Shown: one piece after another, positions 10,629 through 22,144 of the stretch
Numbering within the stretch: the first letter of the stretch is position 1
How the letters are laid out: each line of letters opens with the position of its first letter
Source of the DNA: Macrostomum hystrix
Taxonomy: Eukaryota > Animalia > Platyhelminthes
Length of the DNA: 64,000 nt
Assembly: GCA_950097015.1 (NCBI GenBank)
Contig: CATNEN010000027.1
Span: 372,001 to 436,000 of the forward strand
Direction of reading: 5' to 3'
Translations under genes and position numbers: made by a program
Notes under the pieces: model-generated
Database searches by the model: none
The model's input: the letters and a program-made list of their open reading frames with translations, nothing else
What the model was told of the DNA's origin: nothing

Positions 10629-12093
10629 TCAGTTAGTAATGCTGGAATTCTCCACCGATTTGGTTTCAGTCGATTCCGAGCCGGCGGCTTCAACTGCTGC
10701 CGGCTTCGGCGGTTCAGTAGATTCTTTATGGGGAATCGTCCCAGCAATAGAGGGTTCTGTCACGTTAATATCAATTTTAGAAGATTCTTCGGCGGATTTC
10801 TCGGCTTCGGAAGATTCTTCGGCGTGTTTCCCGGCTTCGGACGATTCTTCGGCGGGTTTGCCGGCTTCGGAAGATTCTTCGGCGGGTTTGCCGGCTTCGG
10901 AAGATTCTTCGGCGGGTTTCCCGGCTTCGGAAGATTCTTCGGCGTGTTTCCCGGCTTCGGACGATTCTTCGGCGGGTTTGCCGGCTTCGGAAGATTCTTC
11001 GGCGGGTTTGCCGGCTTCGGAAGATTCTTCGGCGGGTTTCCCGGCTTCGGAAGATTCTTCGGCGGGTTTCCCGGCTTCATAAGATTCCACAACTGGTTTA
11101 TCGACTTTGGTAGATAATTTGAGGGATACTTGATTCTTGAGAGTTTCATTAGCAATAGGCTGTATAGATTTCTCTACAGTCGCAGGCTCAACAGCTTTGG
11201 CAGATTCCTTAACGGTCTGATGAAGGCTTGGCATGGCATTTTTGGCTTCATCGGCTCCAGCTTCGTTGGAGTCTGTGTCGTCATGTCCCTCCTTATGCGC
11301 TTGGCCGCTGTTCTCAGCCTTTTTGTCATCTTCTTCCTCCTCGTAGTGCTCACCGCCCGCCGTCTCTTCCTTCTCATTCACTTCGGCTCCCGATTCTGTC
11401 GTTTGTCTGCCGCCACGACCGCGACTGTGACCTCGCCAACGAGCGCGAACGCGGCTGCGAACACCGCGATAGCCGTACCCGCCGCGCCAGTTTGACGGGC
11501 GACTAAAAAGTTGATCGGAGCGCCTGCGAACCGGAACTTCGGGCGCCTCGGCACCGGCGCCCGCGTCTTCAGTAGCTCCGTTGACACTCGGTTTGGGTCG
11601 AGGCTCTCGAAAGCGATCATTCTGTATGGTGACAGCAAAGCCGCCGTTCTGTGCCGGCGTGAATTCCCGATCCACCTGGTCTGAGCAGGATGGGACCGAG
11701 TTGAGGCAGACAGTTGTTAAAAAATCTGATAATAAAAAGCTAGGTTTTTCAAGCCTAATTTGAAGCCACCAACTATTTAATCGCCCCAGCCTCACATTGA
11801 TACGCAGTCATACGCAGACCACCGCCGCGACCCCTGCCCCTGTATGGACTGTGGCTGCCTCCACTGCTGAACCAGGTACCGTCATAGCTGCCGCGGTAAT
11901 AGCCAGTGAAACTGCTGTCTCTGAAGTTGCCGCGATTGCCTCGAAAATAAGCACCACCGCTGCCGCTTCTATCAAAGTGGTTATCGCCTCCGCCTCTGAT
12001 GTGACCGCCTCCGCTGCCTCTATAGTACCGATTGTCACCTCCACCACCACCTGTGCGTCCCTCATAAGGAGCCTGTGGAACACCCTGACTGTC
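10629..12093 (-). CDS. Orphan intrinsically disordered RGG/RG-rich protein with an acidic repeat C-terminus; exons 12093-11814 and 11680-10629; possible first exon 13482-13453 (MLSVENVILR)
   Basis: TTTCCAG acceptor at 12094, GTATGA donor at 11813 and CTCAG acceptor at 11681 keep the frame (…RGRGRGGGL|HQVDREF…). Many RGG, RGRGRG and FRG motifs. No folded domain recognised. Confidence 0.72.
10783..11082 (-). repeat. Coding 30-bp repeat, 10 copies, AGK(P/H)AEESSE, with a 120-bp higher-order duplication
   Basis: Line 10801-10920 is nearly identical to 10921-11040. Confidence 0.93.
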
Positions 12094-15000
12094 CTGGAAA
12101 GCCAAGATTTTTTCAATAAAATTCAGTAAAAATAACTACTTTAAAGTGGGGAAATTTTAGTAGGAACGTGAAGAGCAGGTATAAATAAATGTGTAAGAGA
12201 GAGAAAAAAGTTTTTGTCCTGTGTGAACAAGGTTCGGAATAAGAAAGTTGGAAATAGTGAATTGTTTGTCCAAAAAGTTATTTCAAGAAACATAGAGAAA
12301 GATAAGTGAATAAAGTGCAATAAAGAGAGCTGTTACCCTAGATCCACTGGTAAGCCCAAGAGTGATAAGACTTAAGAAAGATGGATAAATATTGATGAAG
12401 ACTGCTAAAGATTAATTAGAGGAATAACACAGTATAATGCAACAATGCCAACAAATTTGAATTTGAAATAAGAGGTACATAAAGTAAATACCTAAAGACA
12501 CTCATAAGTTAGTGTTAAGACAATTTCTGAATTAAAAGTCTCTGAAAACACATTTATAAGAACAGCCCTAGAACAATATATATAACAAATAACTAACCAC
12601 TTTGCAATTATGGCTAGTTATTAGCAGATTCTATGGAAAAGTCAAGGCTAAGCTAACTACTTAGTCTAAAAACAGTTATTAAGGAAGGGGCCTTGAAGTT
12701 AATCCAGATCCACACAATGGATAAAGTTGATCTGAGGCCCATATTTGCATTTTTGCAATTCAGTATATGTTTAAAGAGATGTACTTTTAGCCCAGTAGGA
12801 AACTCACTCTAAAACCTTTGTGGGAAAACTATCTGCAGGAAAGTCATGTGTTCCTAACAAACCTTTCTGAGCATTGGAAGTTCAACTTAAAATTCTGGTT
12901 TTCTAGATCATGATTGCCTAAAAATACATGTACCTATGCCGAATACTTACCAACATATCAAGGCCTAAATATAAATTTTGCTTAGGCCTATTGTCAATCC
13001 TGAAAAAACTTAATTTTTTAATAACACACTGCTAATAATCAACACAAATTTTATTATCTAGCTCAAATCCTTGGCACATGATTTTTACTTAGGCTCCAAC
13101 CTAAATCATCTAAATGGTTATCAACATCTAAAAATATATAATTCAACAACTTAAAAGACATGGGACTAGTGATACTAATTTGCAGCAAATTAAAAAGGAA
13201 ATAGCAATTACTGTGTTGTTTTCCTTTGGCCTGAATAAAAAACATAGCATCAAGGGCCAGTTTTTTCTGCTAGATATTAAGGAAGGTGGCTTTTAGTGCT
13301 GTAGGCCTATATATACAAAGCAAGAAACCTATTTTGCCAGAATTTTTATTAGGTCTGAAGACAAATTAAAGTATATAGTCCCTTAGGGTTAAAGCATAGA
13401 ACAATATTTTTTTAGAAAAAATCGTTCACAAAGATAGAAGTGGAATTCTTACTCGCAAAATTACATTTTCAACACTCAGCATCTCAGTAAGAAAATGCAA
13501 ATGTGATAGCTATACAGCTCTAGTTTGTCTACTCTAAGTTCTAACGAAAACGAAAAAGTTACATAGAAAGTTAAAACTAAAACGTGTGTTATGAATTACC
13601 GAAATGCTTCTAATTCTAAATGATTAATTACAGGCAGATAGATTTGCGCATAATAAGTCTCTCTAAGAAACTGTCCTAACATAATATTGCTCTTCTTTTC
13701 TACTAAGCGGTTGATTTGTTATATCATACACCGGTTTGTATCGACTCATCAGACTTATTATTTTCCACTGGAATGTTTAAACGCTTCATTGAAATATTTT
13801 TTGCCAGTGGGATAAGAGAGTCAACAATATGATGGTTTGGTAAAAGTATTTTATGTTAATTTTATACAGAACGTCAATATCTATTAAACAATGGCTGTAA
13901 CTTAATTTGATTGTAACCCTTGGTTGCAAATTCGACTGTCTACTACCTTTCTTCTAATGTACTTTAATTCCTTACTTTAGACTAAATTGAACGAAAACTA
14001 GTATTCCACTAAATGATTTGATGTTTAATTTGCCAAAATAATATTCTAAATGAAAAAACAATGATCGTGATCATTATTCAAGACTAACACGTACTACACA
14101 CACGTGCGTATCAATGGCGTAAACGAATCCTGGAATCACATCTCTCTTGTGCTTTTACCAAACACAAAGACTTCGTCTATGGCCAATCTTTGAAGATAAC
14201 TAAGAGCGGTATGCAATAAAAAGATGCAAGCAGTACGCAATAATCGTGACGCGATGATTAGATCATAGAATATTTATTATTAGGCCATAGAAAAATACGC
14301 GGGTACATTCTGCGGTCGTAATAGCAACTATAAAGGGGATTGTATAGTTCAATGAGTTAATTTTGATTGCCCCGAAAAAGATAAAAAAGTAAGCAATTTT
14401 TTCCAACAACAATCAAAGTCATGTAAAATTATTATCATAAGTGAACTTTTCTGACAAAAACAGGATTCAGTGGTTCAGTTTTTGCCATTAAGAAATGTTG
14501 AGAAACGAAAAAAGCGCTAGAAGTTCTAGAAGCATAGAACATTTGGTTTAGATTCTTATTACACAATTGCCAATTATTCCGAGACATGCCCAGACAAGCT
14601 GACAGTTCTTTATCTCATCCTCATTTGAGTCTGCACGCAGTGACGCTGGCCAAGCAAGTCGAAGTCAACCGATAATTTGCATAATTGTGCGCACAGTATG
14701 CCTTTGGGCTAGTGCAGCAGGCGGCAATTCTTACGCCCGAATTTGCAGATGATTTCGCAACTTTTTATTTCTCGCAGCAGTTCGGCCATCACGGGACCCG
14801 GCCGGACGCAGTGGTGCATGCGGATGAGTAAAGTATATGCCTGGCCATGTATTAGTATATATTATATTATGTTGCAGCGAACATCTAGTTCTCTCAGGCC
14901 CGCAAGAGGAGCTAAACTCACAATATCCTCGGTGATCCTACTGTAGCCTAATTCGCGGGATTATAGCTTTCGGTCAATATTCATTCCAGCCGGAAGAGAC

Positions 15001-15249
15001 GCTGCAAGCTGATCCGTGCAGTTAGAAGGCAATTAATTAAAATTAAAAAAACGATGTTACACTGCACGGAAACCAATGAGCAATGGTTTAGTTTGCCTTT
15101 TCGTGTGTCAAGCTGGAACATTCCTGCTTAATTCTACAGATGAGTCCACAGGAGCTATTAGTCAGCCAAAATGGCTCGCAAATCAACTCACAATCTCAGA
15201 AGGATGGCCGTAGTTAGAACCAAAGCTGCATCGTCAGAATCTTTTCTTC

Positions 15250-16700
15250 GGAATCGCAGCAGGATCCTTCTTCGTAATCGCCTCAAAATCCTTGTTTGGA
15301 ATCGCAGCAGGATCCTTCTTCGTAATCGCCTCAATATCCTTCTTTGGAATCGCAGCAGGATTTGTTCTTGGATCGCAGCCGGGTTTTTAGAATCGCAGCA
15401 GGATTTGTTCTCGGATCGCAGCCGGGTTTTTAGAATCGCAGCAGGATTTGTTCTTGGATCGCAGCCGGGTTTTTAGAATCGCAGCAGGATTTGTTCTTGG
15501 ATCGCAGCCGGGTTTTTAGAATCGCAGCAGGATTTGTTCTTGGATCGCAGCCGGGTTTTTAGAATCGCAGCAGGATTTGTTCTTGGATCGCAGCCGGGTT
15601 TTTAGAATCGCAGCAGGATTTGTTCTTGGATCGCAGCCGGGTTTTTAGAATCGCAGCAGGATTTGTTCTTGGATCGCAGCCGGGTTTTTAGAATCGCAGC
15701 AGGATTTGTTCTTGGATCGCAGCCGGGTTTTTAGAATCGCAGCAGGATTTGGTCTTGGATCGCAGCCGGGTTTTTAGAATCGCAGCAGGATTTGTTCTTG
15801 GATCGCAGCCGGGTTTTTAGAATCGCAGCAGGATTTGTTCTTGGATCGCAGCCGGGTTTTTAGAATCGCAGCAGGATTTGTTCTTGGATCGCAGCCGGGT
15901 TTTTAGAATCGCAGCAGGATTTGTTCTTGGATCGCAGCCGGGTTTTTAGAATCGCAGCAGGATTTGTTCTTGGATCGCAGCCGGGTTTTTAGAATCGCAG
16001 CAGGATTTGTTCTTGGATCGCAGCCGGGTTTTTAGAATCGCAGCAGGATTTGTTCTTGGATCGCAGCCGGGTTTTTAGAATCGCAGCAGGATTTGGTCTT
16101 GGATCGCAGCCGGGTTTTTAGAATCGCAGCAGGATTTGTTCTTGGATCGCAGCCGGGTTTTTAGAATCGCAGCAGGATTTGTTCTTGGATCGCAGCCGGG
16201 TTTTTAGAATCGCAGCAGGATTTGTTCTTGGATCGCAGCCGGGTTTTTAGAATCGCAGCAGGATTTGTTCTTGGAATCGCAGCAGGGTCTATCTTCGGAA
16301 TCGCAGCAGGGTCTATCTTCGGAATCGCAGCAGGATCTATCTTTAGAATCGCAGCAGGATTTTTCTTGGAATCGCAGCAGGATTTGTTGTTAGAATCGCA
16401 GCTGGGTTTTTCTTGGAATCGCAGCAGGATTTGTTGTTAGAATCGCAGCTGGGTTTTTCTTGGAATCGCAGCAGGATTTGTTGTTAGAATCGCAGCTGGG
16501 TTTTTCTTGGAATCGCAGAGGATTTGTTATTAGAATCGCAGCAGGATTTTTCTTGGAATCGCAGCAGGATTTGTTGTTAGAATCGCAGCTGGGTTTTTCT
16601 TGGAATCGCAGCAGGATTTGTTGTTAGAATCGCAGCAGGATTTTTCTTGGAATCGCAGCAGGATTTGTTGTTAGAATCGCAGCTGGGTTTTTGTTAGAAT
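15250..16700. repeat. Minisatellite, 43-bp dimeric unit GAATCGCAGCAGGATTTGTTCTTGGATCGCAGCCGGGTTTTTA (about 21 homogeneous copies, with degenerate flanks)
   Basis: Direct inspection; the unit is built from two ATCGCAGC subrepeats. Confidence 0.95.
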
Positions 16701-17839
16701 TGCTGGAAAATATTTCGAAGCAGGACTCAGATTCCTGGTCTGTCTCTGGCAAGCGTTCGAGTAATTAGCGGAGCCTCACAAACTGTTCCTACCAAGTTGT
16801 TATTAGGGAGAAAATTGGTGGAATAAGTTATTATGAAATTTTCCCAAATAAATTTCCTACCGAAAAATAAGTTTCTGTCCCACAAAACAAACCGAAAAAT
16901 CAGGTCCTTCAGAGTTCTCAGAGTCTGTCTGCACTTTAATGTGTCCACTTCTGAGTGCAGTTTCTTTGATTTTAGCTTTTTTTTCTGCGGACCAGAAAAA
17001 AAGAAAAGAATTTTCATCAATCGGCACGAACTGAATCGCTTCGTCATGAAAGTCTGATTCTCCGTGTTTTCTCTGCTCTCCAATTTTTCGGGTCCTGGTT
17101 TTCCCCAAAACACATAGCTCTAGAGCTAGTTGACTCGGCTCTAAAGTGTCAGTTTCTGTTTTCTATAGTCCTGCACTAGCTCAAATAATTATTGACAGAC
17201 AGGTTGAGAAAGTCAAGAGACAATCTGGGGAAGGTCAGATCCGTACAACGGTCAGGCACTGATAATCATTGAATAGCATTGGTAGATACCTGCATAGATT
17301 AAGGGAAGATATAAATTGTTTTTGTCAGTAAATCTCTGCCAATAAAAACTGACTCAGACTAGAGGCTCCAGCGGTTCTCAAGTGCAAAAATAGCCCCGGC
17401 CAATTCCCATTCAAGGATCCCTGCAGGTTCGGGAGAGAGAGGCAGGGAGACGGGGGGAGAGAAAGAATGGAGATGGGAAATCATAGGCTGAGGGGGTGAG
17501 GGGCAGTTGGGGTGGGTGAGGAACTGCTAGAATAAGGCCGTAGGTCCATTCGCCCATCGCCACTTCACGTCTAGAGCTAGCGAGTCAGACCAGACAGACG
17601 GGCAGAGGCGGACAAGTCGGCAGCTGACGGGGTCCCAGATCCATCCCAATCCAACCCACCTGTCCCATAGCCCAGAAGTCCCGGCTAATAGTCCAGGAAT
17701 TCTCAAGCATATCTCAGCGAGCAGAGCGTCAACATGCCTCGCCCGATTGCCGAAGTCGCCTTCGCCATAGTCGCTTTTGTTGCCGCAGCAGCCGCCGTCG
17801 GAGCAGCTGCCGCAGCTTCAGTAAGTCTTTGAACTGGCC

Positions 17840-18937
17840 ATGGCAAAGGGCGTCAGCTTCAGTTCCGATACGCGATTCAACGCAGCCATGCGCAACGGTT
17901 CTCATCATGGCTCTCACGACAGCGGAGGCGGCGGCAGCGGCGCTAGCGAAGCAGCCGGAGGCGGCGACGTCAGCGACGGTGGCAGCGGCAGCGGCAGCGA
18001 CTCGGAGGGCAGCGGAGAGTCGGTGGGTCTGTCCAGGCCAACCAGGCAGCGGCTGCAGAGATCCTTCTCTCTGGTGCCGGAGCGCCTCGGCCGCGGCTTC
18101 GGCGGCTCCCTGCAGAGCAAGCGGCCGATGCAGTTCTGCGAGCTGCTGCTGCAGGTGCTCATCGGCCTGTTGATTGCGGCCACATTTCCATTCTCCTTCT
18201 ACTTCTGTCTGAAGGTGATTGCCCAGTACGAGAGAGCGGTGATCTTTCGCCTGGGACGAATCCTCAGCGCTGACGCCAGCGGTCCGGGCCTCCTGTTCAT
18301 CATGCCCTGCATGGACAGCCTCAAGCGGGTCGACCTGCGCACGATGACCTTCGACGTGCCCACCCAGGAGGTGCTGACGAAGGACTCGGTGACGGTGGCT
18401 GTCGACGCGGTGGTGTACTATCGCATATTCGACCCGGTCATGTCGGTGGTCAACGTGGAGGACTGCAGCCGGTCCACCAAGCTTCTGGCACAGACCACCC
18501 TGCGCAATGTCCTTGGCACCGTCAGCTTGTACGAACTGCTGGCTGGCCGGGACGACTCCGCCATCGTCATGCAGGAGACGCTGGACGCTGCCACAGATAC
18601 CTGGGGCGTCAAGGTTGAGCGGGTCGAGATCAAGGACGTCCGGCTGCCGACTCAGCTGCAGCGGGCGATGGCGGCGGAGGCGGAGGCCGCTCGGGAGGCC
18701 CGCGCCAAGGTGATCGCCGCGGAGGGCGAGAAGAAGGCCAGCAAGGCGCTGAAGTCAGCGGCCCTAGAGCTCTCTGAGTGCAACCTGGCGCTGCAGCTGC
18801 GCTACCTGCAGACCCTCAGCAGCATCTCGGCCGAGAAGAACTCCACCATCATCTTTCCGCTGCCTTTGGAACTGCTGAGGTTCTTCCAGGAGTCCGGCGG
18901 TGGTCAGGACTTTTCCCAGCAGATGCCGCAGCAGCAG

Positions 18938-18997
<60 letters not shown>

Positions 18998-19135
18998 TCT
19001 TTCGTCTCTAAGACCGGCGGTTGCGGCGGCCACGGTGGCAGTCGGGCAAGCTGCACGAGGCCCGTCACAGTCAGCTCGCCCAGTCGGGTATCCAGGCACG
19101 CCCATCCTGCCGGCGGCTTCGGATCTGGTTGCTAG
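17840..19135 (+). CDS. STOM: Intronless stomatin / MEC-2-like band-7 (SPFH) protein, 431 aa, with Gly/Ser-rich N-terminus and polyQ C-terminus
   Basis: Hairpin membrane segment with Pro (ATFPFSFYFC), then YERAVIFRLGRI, GPGLLFIMPC, VDLRT..FDVP.QEVLTKDSVTVAVDAVVYYRI, AQTTLRNVLG, WGVKVERVEIKDVRLP, LQRAMAAEAEAAREARAKVIAAEGE, ALQLRYLQTL..ISAEKNSTIIFPLP. Family-level symbol. Confidence 0.95.
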
Positions 19136-19744
19136 GGACGGTTGCTAGGGACGGTTGCTAAGGCCCTCTTCACCCCAAAAATAGCTGTCAGTGTTGTGTA
19201 CTCTAACACTCTCAAACTCTAAGGCCGATTTTTGTAGTTCCTATCACATTTATCCCTTGTGAGCCCATCTCTATTTGCAAGCTCGATTTAAACTGAAAAG
19301 TTTTTTTGCCCACTAAGCGTTTGTTCAAAGTTACTTTTTTTCTCTTCGTGTGAATGTCTCCATTTTATAAATGCTCCGATTTTTTTCTTCACAATCAATT
19401 ATCTCGTTTGCCCCCAATGTCTCAAAAATTGTACTTGTACTTATTCACCTATTTTCTTAACTGAATTCAATTATCGTTGACACCTTTCAGACCCTCGAGC
19501 TTGTGCTCAAAAATGGGTTGAGTCGTTTCGTCGATGCTCAACAGAAAGCAGCTCCCGTCTTTCCCATTGCAAATGGGAAGTTGTGACCCCTACTACTTTG
19601 CTACAAATTTTCCGTGACACTTTTCAAACGATCCTTATCCTGGTTGGTCGATGGTTCGATTTCCCTCCCTGTACAAATCGCTAGATCCTCTAGTTCGAAC
19701 CGGCTACGAGTCTTTATGAAAATTACTTGGACTGCTTAGACTCC

Positions 19745-20490
19745 ATAACCATTGAGTGGATTCCACCATCCATGACCATAGAGTGGATTCCATCATCCAT
19801 GACCATAGAGTGGATTCCATCATGACCATAGAGTGGATTCCATCATCCATGACCATAGAGTGGATTCCATCATCCATGACCATTGAGTGGATTCCATCAT
19901 CCATGACCATAGAGTGGATTCCATCATTCATGACCATAGAGTGGATTCCATCATCCATGACCATAGAGTGGATTCTATCATCTATGACCATTGAGTGGAT
20001 TCTATCATCCTTGACCATAGAGTGGATTCCATCATCCATGACCATAGAGTGGATTCTATCATCCATGACCATAGAGTGGATTCCATCATCCATGACCATA
20101 GAGTGGATTCCATCATCCATGACCATAGAGTGGATTCCATCATCCATGACCATAGAGTGGATTCTATCATCCATGACCATAGAGTGGATTCTATCATCCA
20201 TGACCATAGAGTGGATTCTATCATCCATGACCATAGAGTGGATTCCATCATCCATGACCATAGAGTGGATTCTATCATCTATGACCATTGAGTGGATTCT
20301 ATCATCTATGACCATAGAGTGGATTCTATCATCCATGACCATAGAGTGGATTCCACCATCCATGACCATAGAGTGGATTCCATCATCTATGACCATTGAG
20401 TGGATTCTATCATCTATGACCATTGAGTGGATTCCACCATCCATGACCATAGAGTGGATTCCATCATCCATGACCATAGAGTGGATTCCA
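19745..20490. repeat. Minisatellite, 27-bp unit CATCCATGACCATAGAGTGGATTCCAT (about 27 copies)
   Basis: Direct inspection. Confidence 0.95.
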
Positions 20491-20776
20491 CAGTCTATGT
20501 TAATTCGCTGCTGTACAAATTTTATTGGTCTGAACAATTTAGCTTTCGCCTAATGAGTTTCGAACAATGTATTGAAAAATATTTTCTGCTATTGCTAAGA
20601 AAATGGTGTGGTAGACAATTTTTTATGCAGTGTGCCGTAAGTTAATAGTATGTTGCTGATAGCTACGGTATATGTTTCTTATCTTTTGCTTAAATTAAAT
20701 TAGAACTAACATCAAAACATTTTGCTAACTTTTTTCATGAACTTAATTTCTTAATGTCATTTATCCATAAAAAATT

Positions 20777-20848
20777 GTCCGCGTAGCGTAGTGGTGAGGA
20801 CTGGCGATTTTTGACGCAGCGGTCGGGGATTAGAATCGCAGCTACGAA
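20777..20848 (+). pseudogene. Decayed tRNA-like sequence or SINE head
   Basis: TAGCGTAGTGG A-box-like motif and GGGATTAGAATC degenerate B box at tRNA-like spacing. Confidence 0.4.
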
Positions 20849-21654
20849 GCGGAAATGTTGACATATTTTGAGGTATTTGAATCTCTAAACTAAAATGACT
20901 TTAGCCATAGACTACTGCCGCAGATAGCGAGTGCACACAAACACTGCTCCACTGTGGGTGATACGCATCTTAAACTGAAAATTGAGTATGTGTTATAAAA
21001 GCAGCTCATGCTCAAACTGCTGTACCTAAGACCCGACTTCCGCATTCTAGTTGAGTGCATTTCTCGCATAGGAGGTTAATTTTAGGTGGGGTTTGGGTTA
21101 AATGTATTGGAAAATCATTGTGAGCCCATGCACCTGTCTGTCCTGCCTGCTTGGGGGAGGTGAGTTACAAAAGCAGCAGGGAAGGATTCTGGTCGCATCT
21201 TCAAACTGCAGATTCAATCGGCGACTGAATCTGAGGAAGAAAAAACGGCTGCTGCCGCTGCTGCTGCTGCTGCTGCTTAACAAGAGCTAAGAAATAAAAA
21301 CGCTGGCTGCACATCCTACGCTCTGGATGACATGGGAACGGGTAAGTGACACAAAGGGTTCGCTTTTTTGTCTATAGTCATTCCCCATAATGGCGACCCG
21401 TCTGCAGTGAGAAATGAAGGAGTAAGATGAACATTTATGCACAAAAATTAAACTAAGAAACTGGGACCCGTACGGAGACGAAGAAAGCATTGCTAGAGGC
21501 TGGTGAAGAATAGTAATGAGTTGTTCATTAGAACTACTGACTCCTGAGATGAGATTGGGAAAGAAGAATGGTCTCAGAAGAGTCGCAAACGAAGTAAACG
21601 AAAATGAGAGACACATTAGGAAAGACATTGTGAAATATAATAATATAAGAGAGA

Positions 21655-21890
21655 GATAAAGAGACAAGCAAACAGAGTGTGAGAGAAGGAGAGAGAGGGA
21701 GAGTGAGAGAGGGAGAGTGAGAGAGAGGGAGAGAGAGGGAGAGAGGGAGAGAGAGGGAGAGAGGGAGAGAGAGGGAGAGAGGGAGAGAGAGTGAGAGAGG
21801 GAGAGTGAGAGAGAGGGAGAGAGAGGGAGAGAGGGATCAGAGAGGGAGAGAGGGAGAGAGTGGGAGAGAGAGCGGGAGAGAGGAGAGAGG
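21655..21890. repeat. (GA)n/GGGA polypurine microsatellite
   Basis: Direct inspection. Confidence 0.95.
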
Positions 21891-21946
21891 ACACTGCCCT
21901 TTGAATTTCAAAAATCTAATGTTGGAATCGATTCCGATATGTATCG

Positions 21947-22056
21947 AAAAAATTGAAATCAGGATTCGAACCAAGGCAACTCCAGACGCGTTTCGCTCTT
22001 ATTGGAGCTCATCAGTAGAGTCTAGCCTAGCGCTCTAGCCATTAGGCTATAGGCGC
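21947..22056 (-). ncRNA. Pol III-type tRNA-like cassette carrying a type I minimal hammerhead ribozyme
   Basis: Minus strand in order: A box TAGCCTAATGG (22049-22039); stem I 5' GACTCTA; core CTGATGA (22015-22009); stem II GCTC-CAATAA-GAGC; GAAA (21994-21991); palindromic stem III ACGCGT with GUC cleavage triplet ending at 21985; stem I 3' TGGAGTT; B box GGTTCGAATCC (21972-21962); T6 terminator (21952-21947). Confidence 0.85.
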
Positions 22057-22144
22057 TTGTTCAAATCCAGCTTTCAACCTCAACATATCGTAATCGATTC
22101 GGCAGCGCCCCGCAACTCAATCCACACTCACTCAACTCCTCTCC

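Noticed and set aside
10629-12093. Naming the RGG protein SERBP1/HABP4
   Set aside because: The diagnostic REFDRHSG and HABP4_PAI-RBP1 motifs are not present; only composition is similar.
13700-13755. Second CTGATGAG (minus strand) as a possible hammerhead
   Set aside because: No GAAA after a stem II and no compatible stem I or cleavage triplet.
21100-21290. Possible small plus-strand exons (GTGAGT donor at about 21159; IQSATESEEEKTAAAAAAAAAA*)
   Set aside because: The implied intron is only about 50 nt and the content is a (GCT)n microsatellite; there is no independent support.
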